The translations under genes were made by a program, and so were the position numbers. DNA of 64,000 nucleotides from Welwitschia mirabilis (Eukaryota). The notes beneath the pieces are model-generated. The model searched no databases. It was not told the origin of the DNA and worked only from the letters and a program-made list of their open reading frames with translations. The stretch covers positions 20,492,059-20,556,058 of the forward strand of contig JBOZIK010000001.1 of NCBI GenBank assembly GCA_051453625.1. Reading direction: 5' to 3'. This document shows, piece after piece, positions 50,721 to 64,000 of the stretch (within the stretch, counting starts at the first letter, position 1; the number at the start of each line of letters is the position of its first letter).

Positions 50721-53700
50721 ATCAGAGGTATTGCTTATTTCCTAGACTCTTAGTATTTTTACATGGTCATTTCATTTCTTAATATTTTGGTGTTTGTTTT
50801 ATAGATGACAGTAGGAGAGTTCATTTTTGAGCAATTCTTTGATCTAATCATTCATTGTTTAAAGAATTTTTTTCTAGCATCATCATAATCACTGCCTTAT
50901 TAAATGGAATTTTTGTACACTAAGTCAAGCATTTTTCACATTAGGTAATGTTATGTTTAACTTCATTGGAAATTTCTAGGTTAAAATTTTAGAGTGGTGA
51001 GCTATCTTTTATTTATGTTATCTTATGCCCATTGTTTTTGTTTTTCTTTTGTGATTTGGTTAGTTATTTCAAAGTCATTAATGTATTTTATTACCATGAT
51101 TCCTTGTTTTTANNNNNNNNNNNNNNNNNNNNNNNNNNNNNNNNNNNNNNNNNNNNNNNNNNNNNNNNNNNNNNNNNNNNNNNNNNNNNNNNNNNNNNNN
51201 NNNNNNNNNNNNNNNNNNNNNNNNNNNNNNNNNNNNNNNNNNNNNNNNNNNNNNNNNNNNNNNNNNNNNNNNNNNNNNNNNNNNNNNNNNNNNNNNNNNN
51301 NNNNNNNNNNNNNNNNNNNNNNNNNNNNNNNNNNNNNNNNNNNNNNNNNNNNNNNNNNNNNNNNNNNNNNNNNNNNNNNNNNNNNNNNNNNNNNNNNNNT
51401 ATGACATAAATTTTCAAAATTTTTCAAACACATTGTGCATTACTTGTCATTTATCTATATGATGTGTTTTTATAAGCCTGTTTTATGATTTTCAAATTAT
51501 CTTTTAAAAAATAAATTGGCTCAAAATTATGGTTTTTCCACCTAGTTTTTATCAGGGATTGACAAAGGTTAAGTGGGAGGGCTATGTTGCACTGTCAATT
51601 TACAGTTATTTGATGGGTTTTATGAGTTTTTTTATAGGACTTTTATAAGGTTTTAGTGCAAATTTAAGGATTTTGGAGTTACAAGAGAAAATCTCGAAAA
51701 AGTGCATTATTATCCAAATTTGACGCATTTAAGGCACTTTCTAGTGAATAGAGCTTTTCATGAATAAAATGGCTAAGTTTCTCCTCAAGAAAGACATTAA
51801 AGAAGATTGTCATCCCCTTAGTCGTCCACACAATAAGACCGAATGATGACCGTTGACATGAACTATTGACTCATCAATTTCAAATATATTTTGTAATGTT
51901 TTGTCATCCCCAAGGTCGTCTGGACGATAGACCAGACGACACTGATATGTAACTGTCACTAACAGATTCTCTCAGCCATTTCGTCCATTTTCGAATGCTT
52001 AATAAGCATGCATAACTACACCTTTTATAAATAAGGTTCTCCTTCTACTCTCCTTTCCATCTTCGATGCATAGATATTCTCATGACAGGAGAGCAAAGGG
52101 TAAGAGATCNNNNNNNNNNNNNNNNNNNNNNNNNNNNNNNNNNNNNNNNNNNNNNNNNNNNNNNNNNNNNNNNNNNNNNNNNNNNNNNNNNNNNNNNNNN
52201 NNNNNNNNNNNNNNNNNNNNNNNNNNNNNNNNNNNNNNNNNNNNNNNNNNNNNNNNNNNNNNNNNNNNNNNNNNNNNNNNNNNNNNNNNNNNNNNNNNNN
52301 NNNNNNNNNNNNNNNNNNNNNNNNNNNNNNNNNNNNNNNNNNNNNNNNNNNNNNNNNNNNNNNNNNNNNNNNNNNNNNNNNNNNNNNNNNNNNNNNNNNN
52401 NNNNNNNNNNNNNNNNNNNNNNNNNNNNNNNNNNNNNNNNNNNNNNNNNNNNNNNNNNNNNNNNNNNNNNNNNNNNNNNNNNNNNNNNNNNNNNNNNNNN
52501 NNNNNNNNNNNNNNNNNNNNNNNNNNNTACAGAAAGATGAGCACTTGGTAGAGGGATAAGTATCTTTTATTAAGACCTAGCTATTTTGTAACCCTGATGA
52601 TTGTTACTTTTAATATAAAATCTTGGTTTTCTATTTATGTTTATATTTGTTTGCATTGTAAATTTCTTATGTCCCTTATAGTCTAATGTTGCCTTAGATC
52701 TAATGATAATTTCTAAGGTGACATAGGTTATCAAGGGCAGCTCTTTTTAGGGCTGAAGAGTAAAAGTAGGATTAGGATTCATTTGCATTGCATGTTAGTC
52801 TATAATGCATATTGCACTTTGCATGATAGTTTAATTTCCTAGTTACTAGGATTATTTGCAAAAGCAGCCTAAATTTCCTTACGGATAGACTTCAACGAGA
52901 TACGACATTTGGGTTACTTCCATTCTTCTAGCGTGTTGTATTATGCATAATATCTATTTTGATTACTAATGATAAAATCTGTTTGAATGTTAAGGTGTGT
53001 ATAAATACACACCGCAATATACTTCATTTGTTAGATTTACTTTTATCCCATGTTGTATAACTAATTTGTTAGTATATCCTCTATTTAACAATCTATTTCT
53101 TTTAGGACCTATTTCTCCTAAGAATGTTAGAAATACTAGTGNNNNNNNCAATAGCGGTGGTTCTATTTGACTATTTTTCTTTTATAAAATTTATATAGTT
53201 CAAAGGGACCCATAAATAAGAATCCAAGTATTAATGATTTTTAGTACCATTTTGAAGGTTATAAGAATAAAACTTAGTTAATGGTAATTCAATGATGCAC
53301 ATGACATTTATAGCTTTATAATATATTATTTACTAAAGTTTAAGGACAAAGTATGTCAAAATTCAAGTGTAAACACGCCTCTCAACTAGCCACTTACTAG
53401 TCCCTTAGCAAATATTATGTGAAAATTCAAGTGTAAACATACTCATCAACTATCCATTTTCGAGTCCCTTAGAAAATATTATATAAAAACTGATTGCAAA
53501 GCATACTTAAAAATTCTAAAATTAGCATATCATGAGTGAAAATGAATGAAAAAGTAAGCTTGAAAATGTTTTATTTACATTCAAATACATTTTAAATGTC
53601 AAATTAAATTAGATTGATCCATAAAATTGTAATTAAAGAAAATTTTTAAGTTTTTAACTGTAATTTCATTTGTAATTTAACAAATTTTCATCTTTCTCAA

Positions 53701-56599
53701 AATTTTACTAATCATAAAAAATGTGTGATTAAGATAAAAATTAATTATTATTTTTAAAGATTTATATTTTTGTAGAACCCTAATTAATTTTTGACACTAT
53801 CTCAATGTTAAAAGAAGTTATTAAAAAAATCTATGAAAAGTCAATTTTAAAGAAATAAAACATACATTTTTTATTACATAACTTTGCACAAGTATTAGAT
53901 AAGTAGAGAAAAATATAAAAGTAAAAAAAAAAGATAAATACGTTCAAAAAGAAGTGGATCTTCTAGAAGTATTCTCCTTTCATAACAGCCCTCTATTATA
54001 GGTATGATCCTTTGAAGTACATCAAATCTAGCTGTGATGTCATTTTTGTCTCTTTTCATACTTTCTTAAAGCCTTTAAATCCAACTCTAGTATCATATTA
54101 TCATCATTTTAAGCACCTATCTTTCCTCTTAGAAGGTAGTAGAATTAGGGGATCTTTGTCTTTGTTTTCGTTGCTCATGTTATTTTTCTTCTTATTCCTT
54201 TTATGCTTCATGACTTAAAGAGGATCTCAATTATCTTTTAAGAGCTTAAAATAGTTTATCATGCTTCTTTATTCTTATAATCAATGCATTTGTTAAAAAA
54301 ATATAATGATTTATTACCAATCTTCTATATGCAAGGGTTTATTATTACTAATAAACCTCAAAATATTGCTAACTAGAGTGGGAAGAGGGACATTCTTAGT
54401 TCTCCTTCTTGCCTTTTTTATTAAATTAAAGAAAAATTTATAAATTTTGATTTTTTCCCCACATTGAATGATAGAAATAAAAGCTAGGAAATTGGTATAT
54501 GCATCTCTAACATAAGTGGATGAACATACATTTCTAATAATATAAAGAGATAATTAATTTTGAAATAAAAATTTACAAGGTAAATATCCTTCTCTAAGAG
54601 GATCATATTGTACTTTTAAACTCTACAAATAACCTAGATAAATATTTTCTAAGTTAAATACATATAAATCAGGGTGATAGAGATAAATCCCTAGAAATTA
54701 AAAAGAGAGTAACAGAAATGGATACTTATCTTTGTAGAGAGATTCTAAGGATTTTCTTCCTTTTATTCTGAATTTTCATCTTCATGTAGGAGAAAAAAGT
54801 TCCTATAAAATACCTTAACCTTAGTTAGAAATCAGGAATTTCTTATTTATTAAATAAAAACTCTTCATTCTCTCTCCTCTGTCTTCTCTAAGTATATCCT
54901 AACGTACTACTACAATAAGTCATACAATGCCCTTTTTATAATAAACTCTCTGGTCATCCTATATGTTTTATTTAAAGTTCTTAATAATTTCTATGACAAA
55001 CATGATGGCATTAATTTGTTTTAAATAGGCTAAATTATTAAATGTGGATCTTATTACATAGTTCAAGGGGGTGAGTCAAGAACAGGTAGCTTTTAGGGTT
55101 TAAGCTTTATAGATATGAAAGTAAACTTTAACCATTAATTGTTTATTATGAATGGATGGTTTGAGATTTTTTATAATTTGAACCAAATTTGAGATGAAAT
55201 TTTATCTTTTCTCCATGTTTCTTTAACAATATATAACCTTTGATTAGGATTTGGAATATTATTTGTTATAAGAAAATTTATGAATGTTTGAAATAAATGC
55301 AAATCATAAGTTAAAAAAATGTAAAAATTACATTTTTTACCTAAGTTTTTGGCTTAATTATTTCATTTAATTTAAAATATTAGTGATTACCCATATAATT
55401 TCAAAGCTAATCATAAGGATTAATGATTTCTTATATTTATCTTTATGTATCCACTTCAATTTGTTAAAATAAGTCACTCATGATGTTATTCATTAAGTAT
55501 GGCTTTTAATTGACTTGATTCTTAAGGTGAAAGGTTTTATTCTACTAAATCTTAAAATAAAGATAATATGATATAAATTTAATTATATTAATGAACTTAG
55601 GTAAATTTATATTTTAGATGTTTTATCATAGCCAACACTTTAAAATAGTTATGATGAAATTTAATCACAATTCTTGGTATATATGCTAAGCATTGTATAA
55701 TCAGTGTTATGTTGCATCACCCTCTAGGCCCATCAGTAACATGAATGAAAGGTTTTCTCAAAGGAAGAGGATTCCCTCAAAAATTTCATTCAAATTTGTT
55801 ATATTTTTATATAAAGTACATATATCTTACACCATGGTCTAAGTGTCTTATAGATAATCAATTATTAGATCTTTAATTATTAATTTTTTAGATTTACATA
55901 TTAGATCAAAGCCAACATGTAGGAAAAACATATATGTTGTATGGCTTAATTGGTATTCATATAAACATAAATTCATGATAAAAATGATTTTAACATTTTT
56001 ATATCTTCATATATAGCTTAAACATTTTTCCATGCTAACAAGTCAATTTTCACAAGTTCTACGTTTCTAAAACTAGGAGAAATAGTGCATTTTGGCACTA
56101 GAAAACCTCTTTTCATAATTGCTATCAAGTAGAGATATTTTAATATGTATTCTCTTTATTATAATATTGTTATAATACATAAATCTTTGATAATAGATTT
56201 TTTTTTCAATTTCTAGAATTTGAATTTTTTTTCTAATGCACATTAGCAATTATATCAAAATTTGTTACATAATATCTCATATGCATAACATAGAGTGATG
56301 AAAAGTTAAAATTCTAGATTACGAATTTTCTCATCCTAGTCAATCCCTAGTTAGATAATCAATGTGATATATCTAAAATATTAATATATTATAATTAAAC
56401 TAATTGAATTATGTAATTATCATAACTGTAGGTTTAGCCAAGATAAACCCTAAGACTTTAAATTATATTAATGTAATTCTCATATGACATTAATTTTTAA
56501 CTTTATTTAAATGTTTCTATGTGAATGATAGAGGGTCAAAGTTACAACCCACAAGGAAAGATTTATGAAAAGTATTTATCTAATGACTTTGAATGAACA

Positions 56600-57321
56600 A
56601 TCATCCTTAAAGCTTAGAATCTTAACAATGCCATAAGAAAATACTTCTAAGATTGCAATGAAATATTCCACTTAGACATAATTTTTTCAAAGAATTTTTG
56701 TAGTTATAAATCATTTAGTAAAATGAAGGTAGTAGATATAAAACTTCTCCTAAATATATATTTATCATTATACATTTTCATTCTTTATGTTTTGATTCAG
56801 TAGTTTTCATAAGCTTCATTCCCTTTTTTAAGATTATTTAGGTCGATACTCCAAGATTCTAAAACTTTATTAATATTTTAATTAAGCTATTTAATGGCCC
56901 AAAAATTTTCATATTCAATTTTGACATGAACGTAATAAGATTCTCTAAAAACAATTCCATAAGGTAGCATTTCAATGGAGGTTTTATAGGTGGTTTAGTA
57001 GTTATAGAGAGCATTACTAAGTGGAAAAACTGATAAGTTCTACTTGACTTCATCACTTACTATAGGATTCTTTTCAACTCACCATTTGTAACCTTCACTT
57101 GATTATTAGTTTGTGAATTGTAAGAAGCTGCAACTTTGTACATGATTTCACATTTGTTTAAAAGACTAATAATTGCTTTATTATAAAGATGATTTTATTT
57201 GGCACTAATAATAACTCAAAGTAAGATTTAGATATATTTATATATATATGTATATATATATATATAGTTTATGGGGATTACATCACTAAGTAATGTAAAG
57301 TTATTCCAGCTAGAACAGGTG

Positions 57322-57376
<55 letters not shown>

Positions 57377-57488
57377 NNNNNNNNNNNNNNNNNNNNNNNN
57401 NNNNNNNNNNNNNNNNNNNNNNNNNNNNNNNNNNNNNNNNNNNNNNNNNNNNNNNNNNNNNNNNNNNNNNNNNNNNAACAGGTGATAT

Positions 57489-57554
<66 letters not shown>

Positions 57555-60500
57555 CAAAAATATGGAGGAAATATCCTAATGAAATATATATTTTAAATGT
57601 TAAATGGTTCAATCTTAAGAATGATAGGAAGGAACCCCATATCTCTATTTTGAATTATATCTAAATCTTGACATGTAATATAGGATTTATAGTTTTCACA
57701 AGCATCTTTAGAAAGGGTTGACCAATATAGTCCACATTGAAGGATTTTATGTGAGGTTTTCTTAACAAAAAAGTAATCCTCTATACACTCCAGCATATGT
57801 GAATTTTAAGACATTTAAGATTTCAAATTATAAGATGCACCTATGGATGGTTTATCAAAATAATATTTGAATGAATAAGAATCATCCCAAAGATATTCAT
57901 TCACTTCATGTAAGAATCACATTTTATCTTAGATATTCTAATGATCAAGTAGTTTACAAGTTACAAGATAATTGACCATGTTAATGTATCAAGGTTCGTT
58001 TTACAAAGCTAGACGATGTTATTTGAGAAATGTATCATGCACAGGTAATGAGTCTAAAATATATAAGAGTCTACTTATTCTTGATTTAAGATTGAATTCT
58101 TAGAATAATAAAATCTATCTCATTATTTTACCTTTGACCTTTTTTGATCCATTTATGATCTAAATTATTCTAAGGAAAAAGGTATTACTAATTCTTTATT
58201 TTAGTTATCCTATAATTTAAATAAGAAATTTGTAATAATTTATTTGCATTTCTTCTTTGTTCTAAAGTTACTTCTATGTCATAATCACTTGCGTGACAAA
58301 GTAATTCAAAAGAAAGTAAGTAATCATAGTGTCATAAAATAGAAGATGAAGTAAGAAGATATTTCACTATTTTAAATGAATTTTACATTTTAGAATTAAA
58401 TCAAAAAATTAATCTTATTAAGAAGATTGATTAATAAGTTTAAAATCTTGGGGAAGTCTTAGATATATCTTCTATAATATCTAAGATATCCAAAAAAAAT
58501 CTCATGTCTTTTAACACTTCAAGGGAAGATGAGTAATAAGTTAAATTTAGCAATATATATTTCTATCCCATTTTAGATATTACATTACCTAGAACAATAC
58601 CCTTAATAATCATGAAATGACATTTCTCCTAATTAAGAAAATAATTTTTCTTCTCATAATTTATGATAATTCCTATTTGCTTATATCCTAAATATTCATC
58701 TAAGAAATAATAATAAACCCTTTAATCTTTCTAAGATTTACTTCGTAAATGGTAAAGACAAATGGTTATTATTAGCTAGGATGTTGAGTTTTGTATAGTT
58801 AAAACACATTCTTCTTTCTACTTTTACTCTAGTTGAAACTAATTTATTATTTAAATTTTTAACTATAAGAATTTTAGACTTATACCAAGTAGTTTGTACA
58901 GGGCTTACCCCTTGAAAATTATAAATTGAACATGTGATACTAGCATTTAGTACTATAAGGATTTATTTCATTTCCACTTCTTTCAATGAGGATTAATTCT
59001 ATGTTAAGGCTCTTTATTAGGCTTAGCAACTTCTTTCAAGTGATTTTTGTACATCCCTCTTGTGGGACTTATACCTTTTAAATTGGAGATAGCCCATTGT
59101 ATAGCTTTTATATGTTGCTTTAGCACACAAATTAGAACTTCTTCTTATGAACTTGATAATTCTTATAGATAACTATAAGATAGAAATTGTTATCTCCCAA
59201 AAATGCATATTTTATATCTTTAGGAAGATGTTTAAAATTTACAATAATCTCTCTACTTGAAGGTTGCATTTGTGGTGCATGTGATAAAGCTTTAATTTAG
59301 CTTTCCCTTTGATGGCTTATGATTAAAATTCTTATGTATGGAAAGTGTTAATTCTTCATGATGTTCACTTAGCACATGATATAACAAGGCAGATAAAGAC
59401 TCAAAAAATTCATCTTCATTAACTTCAATCAAATTAAAATATTCTATGTCATCCATATAGTTATTTTTCATGGTGTTAAAAACTTTTAACTTTGTAGTAA
59501 TGTTTCTAAATAACACTCTCACTATGTCATTTCTACAACTAATCAAAGAGTTAAAGATCTATAAATGATATTTTTAATACAAGTAAAAATTTTCTTGGAT
59601 TATTTTCTATCTCCAAAACTACAAAGACAATTAGGTAGCATAACTTATCAACTTACACTAAGATGTATTCTACTATTCTCTTGGGGATTAGTTGAGTATT
59701 TAGCAAGTTTCAAAGTTATTCTACTTGTATTTATCCCTTATAATTCCATTCATTTTCACAATTATTATGGAATTAAGTTCATACTATCTCTCTAATATAA
59801 CAATGTTTTATCAACTCTCTTATTATCTATGACATATAAGATTGTTAGGAATCAAGATCTCTAAACTTTAACGGAAGTTTGTTTTGAAGTATAGCTCTTA
59901 CTGAGATAAGAGACGTTTTGCATTCAGGTTTCTCCTTACCATGCACATATCTTTAAGAAATTTTACATATGAAGGTACTTGTTTAATATCATCTAATAAA
60001 TAAATGTTAAGATTTACTTTCTTAAACATTTTGAGGTATTCTTCCTCAAGATATTTCTTTTCTAGAGGTGTACGACATCTGAGGCATGGAGCTTTTTAAG
60101 TTTTTTATACGTATGTTTTCATATATCATTTTAATCATCCCTTTTAAACACATGATCTAGTTCAATTTAGTGATTTAATGGATACTTGGAAGTTCAACAT
60201 TTTTGTTTAATTAAGTATTACTTCTAAGTGAGATAGTATTAACTCGCATAACTTCTTCTTATTCTTCAATCATATTAACTCCTTTTGGATTGGAAACAAG
60301 TCAAGTTGGAAGATTACTTTCTTTCTCTAGTTAAATTGAAGATTATAAGTATGATGTAGTTTTAAAAAGTTGATTTACTTGTTAAAGACATTGAAGAGTT
60401 TAAGTTATATAGTTATTGATTTAATTTTTTGCTATGACTGGCTATTTAAGTTTTGATAATTACTTTAAATTATTCTCTAATAATTTACTTTAATGTTAAC

Positions 60501-61450
60501 TAGTTTTTATAAAGTAGAGGCATTGTTTTATTAGGATCTATAAGAAATTATGGGATGAATTTTCCATTTCAAGTTATATGAATCTCCATATGGAAATGAC
60601 GATTATTGTTGTTGTTCTTCCCAAAAGCATTTTATAAATTATACACTATTCACTTAATCAATTATTATATATTTGTAAATTGGGATAAAAAGACATTCAT
60701 TTATTTCATATTCATTAGAATTAAATATAACTCATGTAACAACTTCCTTAGCCTTATGAGGTTTAAACAACTTACATTATTCTAAGAGTTTAACTATGGT
60801 GTCCAATTTCCTATTCATGTTTATTTCTTCATCTAGGTTGTACATTCATTATTCTATGGAGTTACTATGTTATTTTGTTTTCTTAGCTAAATATATAACT
60901 CTTGTAATCTTTCTTAATTATGAGCACTTTTAGCTATAATTTTGAAAGTATCCCTAGCTTCGTCTAGTTCTTTAGATGTGAAAGTTACATCACTTATCAT
61001 CTTAATTAATTAACTATTTTTTAATGTTAATTATCCATAGAAAAAGTTCATTAATTTCTAACTTTCAAAACCATGTTGAAGAAATTTCAATAATAGATCT
61101 TTAAAACATTCAAAATTTTTGTGAAAAGGCTCATTATATTATTATTGAAAGAATCCATAATGTTTCACTTCAATTTCTAAAGTTTGCATGCTAGAAAGTA
61201 CTTTTTCAAGAATTCATGATTAAAGTGTCTCCATAACCTAATTTAATATGGTTTTAAGGTATGTAACCATTCTTTAACTATTTATTTTGAAGAAAATAAA
61301 ACTAGCTTAATCTTAACTATGTTATTTTGATATCCTGTGGTTGACATTATAGCTTTAAAGTCATGCTAGTGTTTATAAGAATATTTAAAATAAAGGCCAT
61401 GAAATTTGGAAAACAAATTAATGATGCAAAGTTCTATTTTAAAACAATTT
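56600..61450 (-). pseudogene. Athila gag-pol remnants (gag, PR, partial RT/RH, integrase)
   Basis: FECFKDLLLKFLQHGFES*KLMNFFYG; LLDDIKQVPSYVKFLKDMC; VSPVQ; KCHFMIIKGIVLG; KILQCGLYWSTLSKDA..CQ; SYNSQTNNQVKVTNGELKRIL; FWAIK*LN. Confidence 0.88.
57232..57553. repeat. (TA)n/(TATG)n microsatellites interrupting the Athila integrase
   Basis: Directly visible; integrase motifs lie on both sides. Confidence 0.93.
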
Positions 61451-64000
61451 ATATAAGGGTATAAAGCCATACAAGAAGTTATGGCTAGACACACAAGTTG
61501 TCATATAGTTTGCAATATTCTTTTACAAAAACATGAATGTACACTATATTTATTAATATTAGAGATTGTGGATTTAGTTAGAAGGATCTCTAAAGAATTA
61601 TGTGTTAATATTTCACCTATCTAAAATGTAGATTTAGAGTGGTCTTTTCCTTATTTAAGAGTGGTTCACATTTTACCTGTTTTTCATTTAATTTTCTATG
61701 GACCAACCAAAAATAGTCCTAATATAATGATGCATGAGAGATCAAGACCAACAAAAGAATTCTCAAATAGAATGCTAGTTAAGATTGATGATAATTACCA
61801 AAATATATAATTTTCAATGTTAAATAACCAATTTTCTTTAAAAAGTATGGAAGTATTAGTGGAACAATCAGCATTATTTGTTAATTTTCAAAATTTGTAT
61901 CATAGAAAGTAAATACTAAATAGAATGCAAAATTATTCCCTTTGGCATAAAATAAATATCAAAAATGTTTTTAAGATTTTAAATTTTATGAAATACAGTA
62001 TAAATAAACTTTTTACTAGTGAATCACACAAAAACGATAGGAATTTTAGCAAACAATTTAGACCTAGCCCATCTACAACTAGTGAATTGAAAAATAAGCT
62101 AGAATACACTTGGATAAAAGTGAGATCCAACATAGCTAATTTGAGGTATATGTCTATACATTCAAGCTATTATGCTTTGGATGCTACTTTTCTATAAAAC
62201 AAAAAATATTTTTGTAATTTAAAAATGGTATATCTAAATAAGAAAAGATTTCTCAATAAGAAAATGAATCTTAACAAGATAAGGAATAATAATTGTAATC
62301 CCTCATAATGATGTCAAAAACTTGCTATAACTTGATTTTTGTAATACTTAATATTTTAAGCTTATGCCCTAGCAAGATAGCTTTAAGTAGTAGTCTTAAA
62401 TTTATAAAACTAGGGTATCTTATTATAGTATAGGCTATCTTAAATGTTGTTCTCTCTCTTGGACTATGACATACTTTCAATCTCATAAATGTATTACATA
62501 TTTGAAAAGGATTTTAATTGGTTTTGAATAAAAGAATTTGGAAAATGAAACAAAGAGATTAAAATATTACAGATATTTACACTTGGAAATTAAGAATTAT
62601 CATTTATAAGATAAGCCACCAAGTAATAGATTTATAGATAAACAATAAATTATTTAATATAAATTATGAATGTCATGAAAGCAATAAGTTTAGAAATGCT
62701 ATGCCTCGGAATAAAATGTAAGAAACATGAAGATAGTATAAAAGTTTTCATAAACACTAATACAGTAGTCATCTAAATCCTAACAATAAATTGAAGGAAC
62801 AAATTTAAATGATAAATTATGAAATAGTAGTTGAAATGTACTATTGCATGACCAAAAATTATAATTGTATTAATAATGAATGAAATACAAATCTAAATCA
62901 TGAACCAAAGTGCATTCATCAATGATGCAAACATTATAATAAATATTGGTTTAGCATAAAATAAAGAATTATAGTTGGTAAGATAGATGTTTTATGACAC
63001 AATAGTTCTCTTATACCTAGGGAGAGGAAAAAACACTTAGAACATTATAATAAGACAATTCCTCATCATAGTTATAGCAAATTTAGACTAGAAATGATAT
63101 AGCATCATGAATATTCAAATGATGGAAAGATAATCTAAGTAATCAAAGATGATTTACTCTTGAGCTAGGCTTTGCTTTTATAACCTTGAATAGGGATGTG
63201 AATTGCATTAGTATGTACTTATTACATTCATAATGACGTATGGTAATTTATCCTTAAGCTATAGGATTTAGGTATGTAATCCTTTATCTCAGTAAGATTT
63301 TTTTGCGTACTTTCGTTATTAAATCAAATTTTGTTCATGTTATAAAGTTAATTCATTAATACATCCTTATTAAGCAATTCATTTCTTCTAAGACTTATTT
63401 CTCCTAGAAACATTAGTAGCATAAATGATCTAGATGGTGAAATTAATCTTGTTGTGTTTTCAAGCATCCATTAAGACTAGAATCCTTAGAGAAATCTATA
63501 ATTAAATTTTCAATTACTAGTCTTTTTTAATAATATTTCAACAAGTATAAGGGTAAAACTTGGTTAATGAAAATTTAATACTAACATTGCATTTACACCT
63601 TAAAATATATGATTTACTAAATTTTAAAGAGTGAAATATGTAAAAATGAAAGTAGAAACATAGACCTTAGTAAAAATTTTTATATTAATATCAACAAAGT
63701 TAAATTTTAATATCAAATAAATAGCCTTTACATATTAGAAAGGAAGGACTAGGAATTTAAGCCTAAAAAGGATTACAAACTAGAACATAAAAATAATTAA
63801 TATATAAAAAATAATTAATTATGATTTATATCATTAGAATATGGATGAATAAGGAAATGCTTATAGAAAACTGAAGGGTTATCTACCCAATGCGAAAAAA
63901 AATTATAAGAGGTAGTTAACCTAAAAATGGACCTTCTCTACCTGCAAGCTTATTTTAAAAATAACATGATAAATAATATAAACCTTCTTTGTACAAAAGA

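Larger units (their letters stand above)
42310..53019 (+). mobile_element. Younger Athila-like element lacking RT/RH/INT in the sequenced portion, TACTT target-site duplication
   Basis: LTRs 42310-44637 and 51585-53019 (tgttgc...gcaata). TSD tactt at 42305-42309 and 53020-53024. PBS at 44641-44658. PPT aagtgggaggg at 51571-51581. Confidence 0.92.
41257..63660 (-). mobile_element. Old Athila-like Ty3/gypsy element (or a chimera of two relatives), minus strand
   Basis: Right LTR about 62323-63660 beside the degenerate PBS tccctcataatgatgtca (about 62299-62316). Left LTR 41257-42309 plus 53025-53375 beside a PPT. The LTRs are colinear but strongly diverged, and no matching TSD was seen. Confidence 0.7.

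Noticed and set aside
52110-52527. Possible insertion hidden in the 3' LTR gap
   Set aside because: The 5' LTR has only about 14 bp at the equivalent position and the content is unsequenced, so the gap size may simply be overestimated.
57228-57612. YI/IY-repeat ORFs
   Set aside because: They are translations of (TA)n microsatellites.

Overview
Very AT-rich plant nuclear DNA, almost entirely decayed and nested retroelements, with several N gaps. I found no intact host gene, RNA gene or CRISPR array. In order: (1) an anomalous purine-rich block (1-1075); (2) a Tat-lineage Ty3/gypsy relic with an upstream tandem array, a long extra ORF, one LTR and a pol ordered PR-aRH-RT-RH, i.e. with the archaeal-type RNase H before RT; (3) nested in its gag, a complete Tekay/Del-like chromovirus (8189-16576, ACTAC TSD) whose 5' internal region carries captured host-gene fragments, namely about 160 codons of RNA polymerase II largest subunit (NRPB1, antisense) and about four PPR repeats (sense); (4) a minus-strand SIRE-like Ty1/copia element; (5) three head-to-tail L1 LINE relics, each with a long 3' extension; (6) an old minus-strand Athila element whose 3' LTR holds a younger gag-protease-only Athila (42310-53019, TACTT TSD), whose 5' LTR in turn holds a truncated LINE with a 17-bp TSD and no poly(A) tail. 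C-to-T and G-to-A decay is pervasive. All assignments come from manual translation and motif recognition; no searches were run.
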